Positions 10,043 through 26,758 of a stretch of DNA of 38,586 bases are shown here, piece by piece. The notes under the pieces were generated by a model. It searched no databases. It saw only the letters and a program-made list of their open reading frames with translations, and was not told where the DNA came from. A program made the position numbers and the translations under genes. How positions within the stretch are numbered: position 1 is the first letter of the stretch; every line of letters starts with the position of its first letter. This stretch comes from Dirinaria sp. TL-2023a (taxonomy: Eukaryota). The stretch is taken from the NCBI GenBank assembly GCA_051941275.1, contig JAVEBF010000054.1, forward strand, positions 1 to 38,586, in the 5' to 3' direction.

Positions 10043-12851
10043 ATGGCCACTGCCCCAGCAAGCGGCTCTCCAGCTGCACATGTACGCCAACCGATCCTAT
10101 TTCAGATTCACGAAGACAGCGAAGCCGGAGCGAACAGCTCCAAAGCGACGCGTCAAATGGTAAGTCATACCCTGTTAACAGGCTTCGAGTGGCTAAGTGT
10201 CTAAGTAGAGTTCGAAGCATATAATCAACCATAGTGAGGACCCCATCCCTTTGGCGAGCTCCAAGCTTGGAAACGCCCAAGCTCAGCCTGGAGAATCCAC
10301 CGTGTCTGGCTACAAGGTCGTCCCCTCTTTACGTGGAATGAATATTAGGATATTCCACTAACGTGCATAGAAGCCGAAGCTCGATCAAATGTCCTATACA
10401 GCACAGACAGAAATGAGCGATGAAACTACGCCACACCATGTGACAAAGCTTTCGGAACACAAAGGGCTGCTTGCAAAGCATGAGCAGAAACATCAAGTAG
10501 CAACGACGGAAAAGGACAAATTCTCCGGCCATGAGAGAGGCAGTTCTTCCACGATTTCAGATCTCACGACCCCTGCTAGCGACTCTCTCAACGATGATTA
10601 TGGCGTCAAAGAAGCCAGCTCTCGAGCACTGAGCATCAAAGCAGGTAAGAGACAAGATACAGCCCAGCCAGATATGGCTGAAATGATGCGCTTGAAGAAA
10701 GAACTCGACGCAGCCAAAGACCAGATCGCGCGTCAGAGACAGGAGCTTGACCAAACTCGTGTCATCAAGCATACCCTTGAGCAAGCTGCTAGTTCGTCCG
10801 CTGACGGCGGGCTAAAGTTGAGTGGGAGTCCTACTCGGGCAGGCAATGAACAACACCAACGTACTCTAAGCCCACCAATACTCTCGGGGAACCCCCGTCA
10901 AGCGGCTAGTTGGGATGCACGCTCCGTCATGTCCGATACTCCATCTTTAGAGAACTTGGACGGTCCCCAGAACATTTGGTCGTCCTCGGCTAGGAATTAT
11001 GGCCATGCAAACTCAAGCACAGGTATCAACCCGCAGTACCAACCAGGGGCTGCGACCTGGGCACAGCAAGGCGGTAGGCCTTGGGGGAATAAGGGAATGT
11101 CCAATAACATACAGCAAATGATGATGCCACAGCAACAGCAATTGCTTGGTCAACGTACCTTTTCCGGTCCTGCATCTCCCATTTCCTCCAACGACTTCAA
11201 TCAGCTCCAGGCTGGCCCGAATCTTCGTCGCTCCAATACCCAGACACGCGCATCATCTCTTTTCCCACAGGTTCGAGACAACGGGTGGGATACGTACGGC
11301 AGCGGTATTGGCTCATTGGACAGTATGACCATGGGCATGAATGCCGGATACCCGGCTCTGAATATGTACACAACACCCATGGCTTACCAACCCCGTCCGA
11401 TCGGTACTCCACTTTCTCCTACTGCAGCAGAATTCCGTGCTGGTGCCGGGGCGAGCAATCCATGGAACGCTGCTGTGAGTTCCTTTTGCATTGTTACTTG
11501 GCTCTTCAGACTAACATATTTGTCAAGCCGCCTGCTTCTCCGGAGCAGACCTATGTTTCACCACTGGAGCCACTTAATTATCGTCGCCTTCTTGACCGTA
11601 ATGTAACTTGCAATTGGAAGTACATTGTAGACAAGATAGTTTGCAACAACGACCAACAAGCGTCCATCTTTTTGCAGCAGAAGCTCAAAGTTGGTACTGT
11701 CGAGCAGAAGTTCGAGATCGTCGAGGCTATCGTTGCACAAGCCTATCCTTTGATGGTCAACCGCTTCGGTAACTTCCTTGTTCAGCGCTGTTTTGAGCAT
11801 GGAACACCAGAACAAGTCAATTCAATTGCAAATGCCATTCGTGGTAATACCCTGAGCTTGAGCATGGATGCCTTCGGCTGTCACGTTGTCCAGAAGGCTT
11901 TCGATGTGGTTCCAGAAGATTACAAGGCAATCATGGTCCATGAGCTCCTCCGTCGTATCCCGGAGACAGTTATCCACCGCTATGCCTGTCATGTCTGGCA
12001 GAAGTTGTTCGAGTTGCGATGGAGTGATTCTCCACCTCAGATCATGAAGTATGTAAACGAGGCGCTCAAGGGGATGTGGCATGATGTTGCCCTTGGAGAA
12101 ACTGGTAGTCTTGTTGTCCAGAACATCTTCGAAAACTGTCTTGAAGAGGACAAGGTACGAAAAGATACACCTTTACTATATTGATATAGGAATGATACTG
12201 ACAACGTCATTAGCGTGCGTGCATCAACGAGGTACTTGCTAGCATTGATATCGTCGCTCATGGGCAGTTCGGCAACTGGTGTATTCAGCACATCTGCGAA
12301 CATGGAGCCCCTCAAGACCGTAGCCGCGCTATCGACCATGTCCTTCGCTATGCCACCGAATACAGCATGGATCAGTTCGCCTCCAAGGTTGTCGAAAAGT
12401 GCCTTAAGATTGGCGGACCCGAATTTCTGGAACGGTACCTTGAACGTGTCTGTGAAGGACGTCCCGACCGTCCTCGCATTCCTTTGATTGACAGTATGAT
12501 ACCGATGATGTTTCCAACGCGTGTAGCTAATGCCTTCTACAGTTGCGAGTGACCAATACGGCAATTATTTGATCCAATACATTCTTACGCACGCAAACCC
12601 CAATCATCGTGAAATCGTAGCATCCCACATCCGGTAAGCCTATCCAAACTGAATGTTTATTTAAGTCAACACTAACATCCACCAGCAAACACATGGTCTC
12701 CCTTCGCGGCTCGAAATTTGGCTCGCGGGTTGGGATGCTTTGCTGCAACCCGGCCTACGCCACTCATCCTGGTCCTGGAGTAGGAATTCCTACCAATCGA
12801 TTTACTAGTGCTCACAACCCCTCATCTCGCTTTGGTGGAGCATATCGTTAG
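10043..12851 (+). CDS. Pumilio/PUF-family RNA-binding protein with 8 PUF repeats, Mpf1/Puf8-like subgroup (exons 10043-10159, 10209-10316, 10371-11474, 11528-12154, 12214-12493, 12543-12633, 12686-12851)
   Basis: Repeat cores ASIFLQQ, FGNFLVQ, FGCHVVQ, YACHVWQ, TGSLVVQ, FGNWCIQ, FASKVVE and YGNYLIQ, preceded by a low-complexity Q/S-rich N-terminus with a short coiled coil. All introns are phase-consistent. The subgroup assignment is from memory. Confidence 0.92.
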
Positions 12852-13706
12852 GAATCTGCCCACTTGCTCTTACTGCCATGTCGTGCTCCCTCAACAAAGC
12901 TTTCAATTAAAAGAACGCATTCAGCAAAGAAAGGCACATTTGCTAGAGCTAATCATATACAAGACGCCACTTGCTCGTGCTGCGTACACGTTGGGTCTGG
13001 TACGATCGAGTAGCATCCGTGGCTTTACCTCCTGGCTTTACCTTCGGCTCCAGGAGCTTCTTCATTGTCTACTAATTACAGTCTTTCTCGATTTTATGAC
13101 ATTCTACTCATCATCTTTCAGTCTAGTCGAACCTCCTTAGACGAACACTTCGGGCATTGTCAGATCTCGTGTTCCCAAGGTCTTTGGAAATTCGCATGGA
13201 CACGGATCGGCTGACAAGATTGAGAATATGTTAGGTTCTAGCATGGCCTGTCCATTCAATACCACTCTGACACCAGCTATTCTTTCTGTAGCGATCGATT
13301 TTTGTATGTCCCGTTGCTGTCACGGCTAGAGCTCCGACAACCACTCGCTTTGCGACAAGTGGTCGACTCAAGCCTACAGGCATATTGAGTGCGTATCATT
13401 ACTTTTCGAATGTATTTATCGGATGGCTCCGAAGCCACGTCTAATTAGTACTCAGCACTTTTCCAATGTCAATCGAACTTGCTTAGATAACTTCCCTCCG
13501 CAAGAGCATCATGCTGCATGTCCCGCGTATCATTTCTTGAAAGGCTTATTCTGCTGACACTTCATCAACTCGAATTCACTGCCATGAGAGCAAGTAAGAC
13601 ACTAAGTTGCGTTGGCATGAAGTCGAGTACGTTACTCGGGTACAAGTATGGATTAGGGCCTCTTAAATGTGGCCACAGCCTTTTTAGTATTAACTTGAAT
13701 AGCAGG

Positions 13707-14342
13707 TCATATGGCTGCCATGTGGTTCTTGCTTCCACCTCCATTGGCTGCCTCCTCCCCACCCTCCTGCTCCCAGGGCTTTTTCCTCTTCGGAAGCGTG
13801 GGCTGGGTCTCTTGACCAGTAAGCAAGGTGTTCGGGACTTCTTTGACACCAGGTATCGGCTTTCCTTGGGTAATGAGTTCGACAATCTGACCGAATGAAT
13901 TCGGATACGGTGCTGCCGGTTCTGCGTCGATTGCAGGAGCGTTCACCGATGGAACACTATCTGATGCATTGAAAGAAGACAGAACTGGTTTATCGCCTGT
14001 CTCTGAGGGAATGTGCTCATTTTTAGCAGATCGCCGGACCCAAGATTGATAAGCAGAAGGCTCAATTGTAACGTTGAATTTTCTGCCATAGATCGAATAT
14101 GAGACACAATCCCGACAGCTCAATGATTGATTGGGGTTTTTCTTCCAGTCCTTCTTTACGTACCTAGAATAGTAAAAACATTTGGCTTGGAGTGTTAAAT
14201 CGGCTGCTTGTTCTGGAGAGGCATTTAAGTCCAATATCGTCCTGAGACCGTCTTGGAACTCTTCATCCGCCTCCCAATCATAGGCAAAGACGTGGCTGAA
14301 TTGAGATGCTTCATTCTCATCTGTCGCCATGACTGGGGGCAT
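13707..14342 (-). CDS. PEX39: PEX39/C6orf226-like protein (N-terminal DUF5572-type domain, helix-turn-helix, C-terminal KPWE motif); probable intron 14163-14083
   Basis: FAYDWEADEEFQDGL...QAKCFYYSR, APYPNSFGQIVELITQGKPIPGVKEVP and PKRKKPWE match the fungal family that carries the (R/K)PWE motif. Confidence 0.8.
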   Translation of the reverse strand: MPPVMATDENEASQFSHVFAYDWEADEEFQDGLRTILDLNASPEQAADLTLQAKCFYYSRYVKKDWKKNPNQSLSCRDCVSYSIYGRKFNVTIEPSAYQSWVRRSAKNEHIPSETGDKPVLSSFNASDSVPSVNAPAIDAEPAAPYPNSFGQIVELITQGKPIPGVKEVPNTLLTGQETQPTLPKRKKPWEQEGGEEAANGGGSKNHMAAI

Positions 14343-14714
14343 AAGTTGAGGTAAGGTAATCTTACCAAGTCATGAAGTAAGAGTACGCTCGAGGGGTTGA
14401 ATTTGAAGGCATTCCTGTTATGCATGAAATGGTGAGGGTTATGCAAGTATGCATAAAAGCCCGCCAAAGCTAAGGCTAAAATCGTTGTGCGCCAAGAAGC
14501 TTTAACCTTATTCTTTTCTTTTCGCTACCTTCCATTAACCTCACAATACAATACGAATCGTTCATCAACATTGCTTCTTTGTCCTCAACTACTACTCTCT
14601 CACTTAACAGCTATCTTCATGACGAGTTCTCGACTCATCTTATCTTATACCTTCTGCACATCAGTACTTAGAAATCAAATTGCCTTCGCGCTCGCTTGAA
14701 CGATAGCCATCGCG

Positions 14715-16893
14715 ATGGGCGAGTTCATCGGGCAAGGCTTCCTCACACCGTCACTTGGAAGCCTGCACTGACCCTCATTTTCTAGTTCGCGCATATCCTT
14801 GGTCTCCAAAAGAGACATTCGGTACGATTCTGGGCCTCAGATATTGTCCTAGCTGCTCGAGATACTAACAAATGCGAAATCAGTTACGTTGGTACCCTCC
14901 ATGAGATCAACTCAGAGAACTCGACCGTTGCGCTCGAACAAGTGGTTTCCTTTGGCACCGAGGGTCGTCGCCCCGGCGAAGAAGTTCCAGCATCTGACAA
15001 TGTTTATGAATACATCGTCTTTCGTGGCAGCGATGTGAAGGATTTAAGGATTGAAGAGCCAGCTCCACCCAAAGAGAACAAACCGCCTCAAATACCGGAT
15101 GATCCTGCAATACTAGGGGTGAGTACTACCCTACCTATCCCATGCAGCGTCTCTTCTGTTCGAAAAAAGACGTTCGATGATGAAGTACACCGGATGTAAT
15201 TATATTTTGTACCACTGAAAGCGCAAATGCGTGTGGATATCTCCGTTGCCTTCCTTCTGATTCTCCTGAAGAATATCCAGAAACAACTCCCGAAGTGTCT
15301 TTTCTCCAATTACTAACATCTCACCCTCTTCAGAGTCAACGTCGTCCCGAATCTTCTACGACTTCTCAAGGTCCTGCAGCGCCTCCACCGCAAAAGCAGA
15401 CAAGCACTCAGCAAACCACTCCAAGCCAGCAAGCACAACATCCCATGCAAGGGCCGCAACAGCCAAAGCAACAGCCACCTCAGAGCTTTCCACATCATCC
15501 GCCGTATGGCTATCCGTATGGCCCTCCACCCAATCAGCGCTTTGGTCCATATGGCTTCCCTCAGGGCCCTGGCTTTCCCGGGATACCGTATGGTGCACCA
15601 CCCCCATGGGGTTACCCCCCTCCGGGGCAAGGCTTTCCGCATCAATCACCCCGTCAATTTATCCCTCATCAGATGCCGATTGGTTCAGGCGGGCAACAGC
15701 AAGGCCCACAAGGCCCACCCCAGCAGCCACCCTCTGCAGTTTCTCAGCAACTTCCAGATCAAGCACCTGCTGCACCTTCCCAAGAACAGTCACCAAAGAA
15801 GCCTACCGCTACTGTAAAACTACCAAGTACAGCAACGTCACCAGCTCCCGCCCCATTGACTCAAAGTGGCCCGCCTCCCCCGACAAACACAAAGCCAAAT
15901 GTTGCAGCTGCTTTAGCAACGCCGGCAACCAACGTAGCACAGGCTGCTCCAAGTCCTCGGCCTATCAGCGCGGCTAAGAATGGCCGTATCGTGCCGGCTG
16001 TGCCGCGAGTAAGCCCAGCAGTCAAGCCTGCTGTTCCTGTCAACGGCACTACCCAGACTGCTGTCAACGGTACGGCTCCAGCCACCCAGGCTGCCGTGCA
16101 GGCCGCATCAGCACGGCCAGTTCCAGTGCCAACTAAATCCGTAGAAGATGCGAACCGAGACGCCGTTGCGGCAGTCCAGGCTGCAATGGCGAAACTTCCG
16201 CCAGCACCGGGGCAAAAGAAGGCTACAGATGGAGAGAAAGCAGTAGACAATCTTACCAACAAGATTAATGAGATGCGAACTAATGACAATATCCGAACCT
16301 CGAAGCAGCCAGGCACAGGCGGCTATGCAGCTGGCCACCGCGGCGGCCGTGGAGGTCACCGAGGTGGCCGGTCCCAAAATGAGCACCCGAACAAGAAGAT
16401 CGAAGTGCCGAAAGCGGACTATGACTTTACTACAGCCAATGCTAAATTTAATAAGCAAGATCTTGTCAAGGAGGCCATTGCTACTGGCTCTCCGCTTGAA
16501 GACGGTGAGATCACAAACGATGTTGTAGATGACGGTGCGGCCAACGGCATCTCTCGCCAAAACAGCGAGTCAGTCGCCATACCTCCAGCGCCGAGCTACA
16601 ATAAGGCGTCGTCTTTCTTCGACAACATCTCTAGTGAGGCCAAAGAGAGGGAAGAAGGTACAGGTAGCAAAAGGCTTGGCGGGCGCGAATTCCGGAGCGA
16701 GGAACAGCGCAAAAATCTAGAGACATTCGGGCAAGGCAGTGTTGACAACGGCTACCGAGGGGGCTACCGAGGTCGTGGCCGTGGCCGTGGTTACGGTGGG
16801 CGAGCCCGCAGTGGGTATGCAGGCAGAGGTGGTTATGGACCTCGCGGCGGGTCTGCGAGGGGGGGCCGCGGCGTTGTCTCCGCTGAGACTTAG
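14715..16893 (+). CDS. SCD6: Scd6/LSM14 (RAP55/Sum2) decapping activator and P-body protein (introns 14732-14785 GC-AG, about 14822-14883, 15119-15333)
   Basis: Spliced LSm14 domain MGEFIGSRISLVSKRDIRYVGTLHEIN...VSFGTEGR...YEYIVFRGSDVKDL, followed by a P/Q-rich linker, DYDF...NAKFNK (FDF), SFFDNIS (FFD), NLETFG (TFG) and an RGG tail. Confidence 0.95.
15173..15263 (+). ncRNA. snR52: Intronic box C/D snoRNA, snR52-like (guide for 18S Am420 equivalent)
   Basis: Box C ATGATGA at 15177-15183, D' CTGA at 15215-15218 and box D CTGA at 15257-15260. The guide GTTGCCTTCCTT (15245-15256) pairs with the conserved 18S sequence AAGGAAGGCAGC with one G-U pair, and its D+5 position falls on an A. It sits in an oversized 215-nt intron. 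The ends are approximate. Confidence 0.85.
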
Positions 16894-17578
16894 GGTGCCC
16901 TCGATTCGATCTATAGCGTAAGTAGATTGCGAGGTCACGGCTTGACAATTGGGGAGGATCGCAAGCATGTTCTGGTACATCGGGCAACCCTCGACCTGGA
17001 CGACATACGAGATTCTGTAGCGCCAGCTTCGACGCTTTGTGTACTTCTACAATGTACGTACAGCGGCCATGGCTCTACAGTGCTCACAAGAAATGCTTCA
17101 ACATGATGTTGCTCTCGCATATCCGCAATGTGGAAACCCTGACCTACACACGTATGCCATTCCACTGTTTCTATACGGCTCGTAGTGGGTGTCGAGAATT
17201 ACCGAGCTCGAAACTATCTCTCCGGTGACTTATCATGCATCGCCCAAGTGAATCAAGCTACATGAACGACTGTTGGACGTGGGCACGGAATGACTGTCCA
17301 TGAGATCATAAAGACGCTGGCCTCTCATTTGCATTCAACTCTGGGGGTCTGTGGCCTTCGGACTTGAATTCCAATACTACAATCAGTGATTTGGACGGGC
17401 TGACCGATCAAGCTAGGGTTCGAGCGAGGACTCCAACGAGCTGCTGCTTACGCTTAGGGTTAAGAAAGCAGCACCGCCTTTTAAGGTACAGTAAAGTAGG
17501 TATGAGGTGGTAGGTACATAAGGTACCTTACCTACCTGCCTTGGTCTACTTCAGTGTCATCCTCTCATCCCATACTGT

Positions 17579-18927
17579 ATGACAGACCTTCTCCATGTAA
17601 TACCGGACTTTCCAATCAAGTCGTACACTCATCTTCTGCCATCGCTCGAGAAGCATCTTGTGACTACAGCAGACTTGCTTACGCTTGATGCTCTGGAGAT
17701 AGCCAAGAGGGCGCAGGTGCCCTTGCTGGATCTCCGCAGGCTTGCAAATCATGTCATCGCAATTCTCCACCGCGATCTGGGGTTTGAAAGCCCAGAGATC
17801 GTTTCTGCACCCGATGCGCAGAAGAAGCAGCATTCTGGGCAATCGCCCTTGAAGCATACGGGAGCGGGGCTCATACGGCCATGGAAATTCATCACCACAC
17901 TTGATCCTAGCCTTGATGCCGCGCTAGGCGGTGGAATTCCTCCAAGATATTTGACCGAGATTGTCGGTGAAAGGTATCGTCATCAGATCTAGACCTTGAC
18001 AACTATCATAATTGACTAGGACTCAGTGGAGCGGGAAAGACACAATTGCTGCTTAGTCTTCTACTCACCAGCCAGCTTCCGCCACCTCAGGGTCTATCGC
18101 GCGCTGCTGTATACATTTCCACGGAAGCTCCACTGCCCACTTCTCGCCTCACTCAGATCTTGACAAGCCATCCCGTCCTCCGAGCGCATAGTAGTCCACC
18201 TACTCTATCTCAGATTCTCGGCATACAGACACCGGATCTGGAGGCGCAGGAGCATATCATCACTTATCAGCTGCCTATCGCTGTGGCGAGGTACAACGTC
18301 GGGCTGGTCGTTATAGATTCAATAGCAGCGAACTACCGGGCTGAGCATTCAGGTCCGAACGCACCTGCAGCTTTGGCAGAGCGCTCTGGGCAGCTATCGA
18401 AGTTGGGCTCACAATTACGAAACTTGGCTAGGCAGTATGACTGTGCCATTGTGGTTGCTAATCAGGTATCCGACCGCTTTGCCCCAGTAACGATCGTATC
18501 TCCTTCGTCCGCGCCAAAGTCGATCATAGCAACGTCTTCGCCGCACCAGCCCTCGATATTCGGTTCTCAGCAACAGCCTGTAGCTTTCGATCCGTTGACA
18601 CTTGATCATCAGATCCGCTTCTTCTCGGGGTGGGGATCGGATCCTAACGGAACGCAACATAACCTCAAGACCCCTTCATTGGGCTTGGTCTGGGCAAATC
18701 AGATTGCTTGCAGAATAGTGCTTTCCAAGCAAGAATGCGAATCTGGACGAATCAAACATTCAGTGTCGTGTGATACCTCGGAGGGTATGAGGGCGGACTG
18801 GACGCCGAGATCATGGAGAAGGTGGTTTAGCATAGCTTTTGCTGCGTGGGCTGAGGCGACTGCAGAGCATGAAGAAGGGGTAGAGTTTGAAATATGGTCT
18901 GGGGGCATTAAAAGCATTGGCTTATGA
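17579..18927 (+). CDS. RAD57: Rad51 paralog Rad57/XRCC3; intron 17974-18026
   Basis: TTLDPSLDAALGGGIP, Walker A GESGAGKT (formed by splicing), YISTE, Walker B LVVIDSIA, VVANQV and PSLGLVWAN. Confidence 0.92.
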
Positions 18928-19384
18928 AGGAAGTTGATTGCAAATAAATACACCATTAGCATCACAGTATGTCTTCCACCCAAAGAATCCATGGCAGGGT
19001 TCTCGATAATATTTCTATATCCCGATAAATCTAGTACGGGATACTCTGGAAAACGCTGCACGCACACAAAATAATTGAGGACCTTTGCACAAAACTCTGA
19101 ATATGAGCAAGAATGTGCATGTTCTGTGCTCGCAGTTAACGGAGTTAAGGTAACAAGCGAACGCGCCAATGTCAGCCCTATCAAAACAATCGAGCTTCAA
19201 TCTTTCCATTGCCGAATCAACAACACTTGATATTTTCCGATCCGAACTCTATTTTGTTCGCACATCTCAATCTACACAGATTGTACTGTATTCTATCTTG
19301 TTGAAGTCAAAGTCGAGATATCATAGCGTAGTCATACCAATCGTCTCACAAAGAAAAAGCGAAGCTTAGTTGCATCGTTTCAAC

Positions 19385-20965
19385 ATGTCTTCCGCTACAG
19401 TTTCCAATCCACCCACTCACCAACAATCCAAGAGCGCAAAGAAGAAGAAAGGAAAGCAGGATGTTCCTGCCAAACCATCGGGTGGTTCTGTCGAGATTGA
19501 AGGGGCTAGCGAATCGCGCACCGAAACAACCACTAATGGCACTGAAGGCCCTTATGAAAGCCCATACATTAAAGATCTTAATCGGTACGTTTGTGCTCGC
19601 GCCTTGTTCTTTTACCCGACAGTGTTGTTAACATACTTTACTAGAAACATCCGCAATATCAAGAAGAAGCTGGTAAAGTCCAATCTTCGATCGTGCTATA
19701 AACTTTGGCTGACTGCTACGCTCAGAGTGCCACCGTGAAGGTCGACTCCATAATTGCGGAGAATCCTGATGTCTCCCTTGACGATCTTCTATCCTCCCGG
19801 AAAATCAATTCAGACCAGAAAGCTCAGGCACAAAAGAAACCTGCATTACAGGCTTCGCTTACCCAGTTCGAGGAGCAGCTTGCACAATTCAAGCAATATG
19901 ATGAAGAGTCCCAGAAGCGCCTCGCGACTGAAAAGTCGGCTCTAGAGACGGCACACAAGGACGAGTTGGAGAAAGTGAGGGATGCGTCGGTGGCCGAAGC
20001 CAAAGCTGAGGCCAAGAAAGAAAGCAAAGAGAACCTCCTGATTCTCAGTAAATTTCTTCGCGCAGCCGCAGCCAAGAGACAGGGTGGTGACGAGACCTCT
20101 CCCGAGAACCGTGCTTTCGAGGGCGCTTTATTGCTGGTGTATGGCGGGGAGATTGGCGCAGTGACGGCGATCGAAAAGTTGATCTCGGGTAGTGAGGAGT
20201 TGGTCCCGACCGTGGATCAAGTCCTCTCGGAATTCACATGTGAGTGAGAGCTCGGTCTTTTGACCGAAGAACATATGACGTTGCCAGTCTACGATGCTGA
20301 TGGTTTGCCAATCAGTCAAGCAAGTCAAGGATCTTTCCTTTGAATACGCGCCTTATGCTGCCGAGGAAGCATGGGCTGAGGACGTTGCTCTATCGGAACC
20401 AGCACGTCCACCTTTGGAGAACGAAGAGAACGATACCTTGCAAGGTGCAACTGATCCTACCATCGCCAATGCGGGCTTGACAGAGATCGACACTGAAGCA
20501 CAGCCACCTTCTAATGGCCTTTCCCATCATGTTGACACGCCGACAGTCCCCGGCGCTTCCAATATTGATGCCGGTGCAGCCAACGCTGCTGGCGAGACGA
20601 ACTGGGATGCCAAAGTATCCGCTTCTACTGAGGCTGGACCTGACAGTTGGGTCGAAGTGCCGCGCGATCCTGCTGAAACCGAGACCGGTAATAGCGCGAC
20701 CCCAGCAGCTATGACAGGCACTCAGAGCTGGGCTGAAGATGTCCCTGCTGAACCTACTGCTGCTCCAACCTCGTTTGCCGATGCGCCTGCGCCAAGCGGT
20801 GGGGATGGTTTCCATGAAGTGCACCATGGACGTGGTCGTGGGCGGGGAGAGTATCGTGGAGGTCGCGGTCGTGGATATCGTGGGGATCGGGGACGTGGAG
20901 AAGGCGGTCGCGGCCGTGGACGCTTTAGAGGCCAGCGTGGGCGTGGTGATGGGCCGCGCGAATAA
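19385..20965 (+). CDS. Caprin-1/YAG7-like coiled-coil protein with acidic linker and C-terminal RGG box, probable RNA-granule protein (introns 19585-19644, 19673-19725, 20240-20315)
   Basis: The spliced segment YIKDLNRNIRNIKKKL...INSDQKAQAQKKP resembles the caprin N-terminal helices. It is followed by the LSKFLRAAA helix, SWAED/DGFHEV motifs and a long RG/RGG tail. Confidence 0.75.
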
Positions 20966-22364
20966 ACTGGGTCAAAGCGAAAACCGCTTTACCCCGCGTC
21001 CATCACCTTCTGTGCGTGGTCTCTCGGCGAGCCAAGGATCACACATACATAGCTGAGCCATCCGACGAGAACGTGGTTTGTCTAGCGTGCATTTGTCTTC
21101 GATGGCGCTGACGTCTGTGCTAAAAGCGAGTCATATCACTGTACGCATAGCGGATGGAGCACTCGGAACGGGTCCATAAAAATAATCCAACTACATTTGC
21201 TGCGGACTGACTCCCTATGTGTCTCCCCATGCAATTGTATGTGTCTCTCGCTGCGCTCTTCCTGCACGCTCCTCATCCAGTTGTGGCTTGGCCAAGAACC
21301 ACGTGGAGCCATCTCATCCTAGGACCTCGGGGACTTTTAGTGGTGGGTACCTTAGAGGTCGTAGTGATCTCTCCAATCACCGTGGTACTTCTTGGTATAT
21401 TACATGCATGAACCCTTGCCGCTATTGCACACTACAATGTATCAAGGCGTCAGGGCGTCAGATCTGAGGCACGGGTACCTTGCATCGGGCTCCACACCTG
21501 CTACACTATGTATGTACAGTGCTCTACCTGCACGCTGAATAATCGGCATCATAAATGCATAGATTTTACATTTTTGAAGGTTAATTAGAGTCGGTCAATA
21601 ATGATTGATGCCAAGAACAGCGATGTACACTCGTTCTGTGGCTCTCCTTGGCGGTTGTTGCAGAACATGCCTCCCGCCTCTCCTCTTTGGTTTCTACTCT
21701 TACAGTAAAAGCACAGAGTTCATGACCGAGCGTTAAGCTAGAAAGCCGGAAGTATAGGAGATAAGCTTGCTGATGACTCTCATTGCTGTGACTGAACGAG
21801 ATGTCTGGATCAAGCAAACAACGTTGTAGACAAAGAGTGTGTCTCAAAGACAGTTCATATGTAGCTACCGTAATTCCGATGAAGTCGCGCGCAATTCCCA
21901 ATTTGATTCTCCAGGTACTGACTCCAGTCTACAAAAACAGTACTTTATTGAAAAAGATGGTGACTGTCAGATCACCAGATGCCGATATCTGATAAAGTTC
22001 TGCCGAAGCGCGCCCCCGCTAGCTCTGGTTTGAGATTAGCGGCAACCGAGTCAAGATCAACCTCTGCTTTGCGCACCCTGAGAGCTCAACTACCCTCATC
22101 AATCCTCGCAACGTTCGCTACAGCATATCTCACTTCTCTCGAGTAGCCGAAGTGGTCTCTGGGCCGTTTTCCACCCTCGCTCGGTGTGAAAAGGCCCGAG
22201 AAACGCTGGCTGAGCCTAGCCATAACCCCCAATATTCGTTCCTTGCCCTTCCTCGACAGGATATCGTAAGGACTCGGCCTGAAGAACGTGCGACAGCCTT
22301 CCATAGCTTCGATCATTGTGTGCTACCCTCGGGACCGTCATTGGCCCTGAGATAGCTGTGACAG

Positions 22365-26758
<4,394 letters not shown>

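Noticed and set aside
17413..17462. TAGGGTT/TTAGGG telomere-like hexamers (also about 27107 and 33295)
   Set aside because: Isolated single copies rather than arrays. They could be Tbf1-type sites but are not distinguishable from chance.
21000..22360. Short ORFs between the caprin-like gene and RPH1
   Set aside because: No coherent exon chain or recognisable protein; consistent with UTR and promoter sequence.
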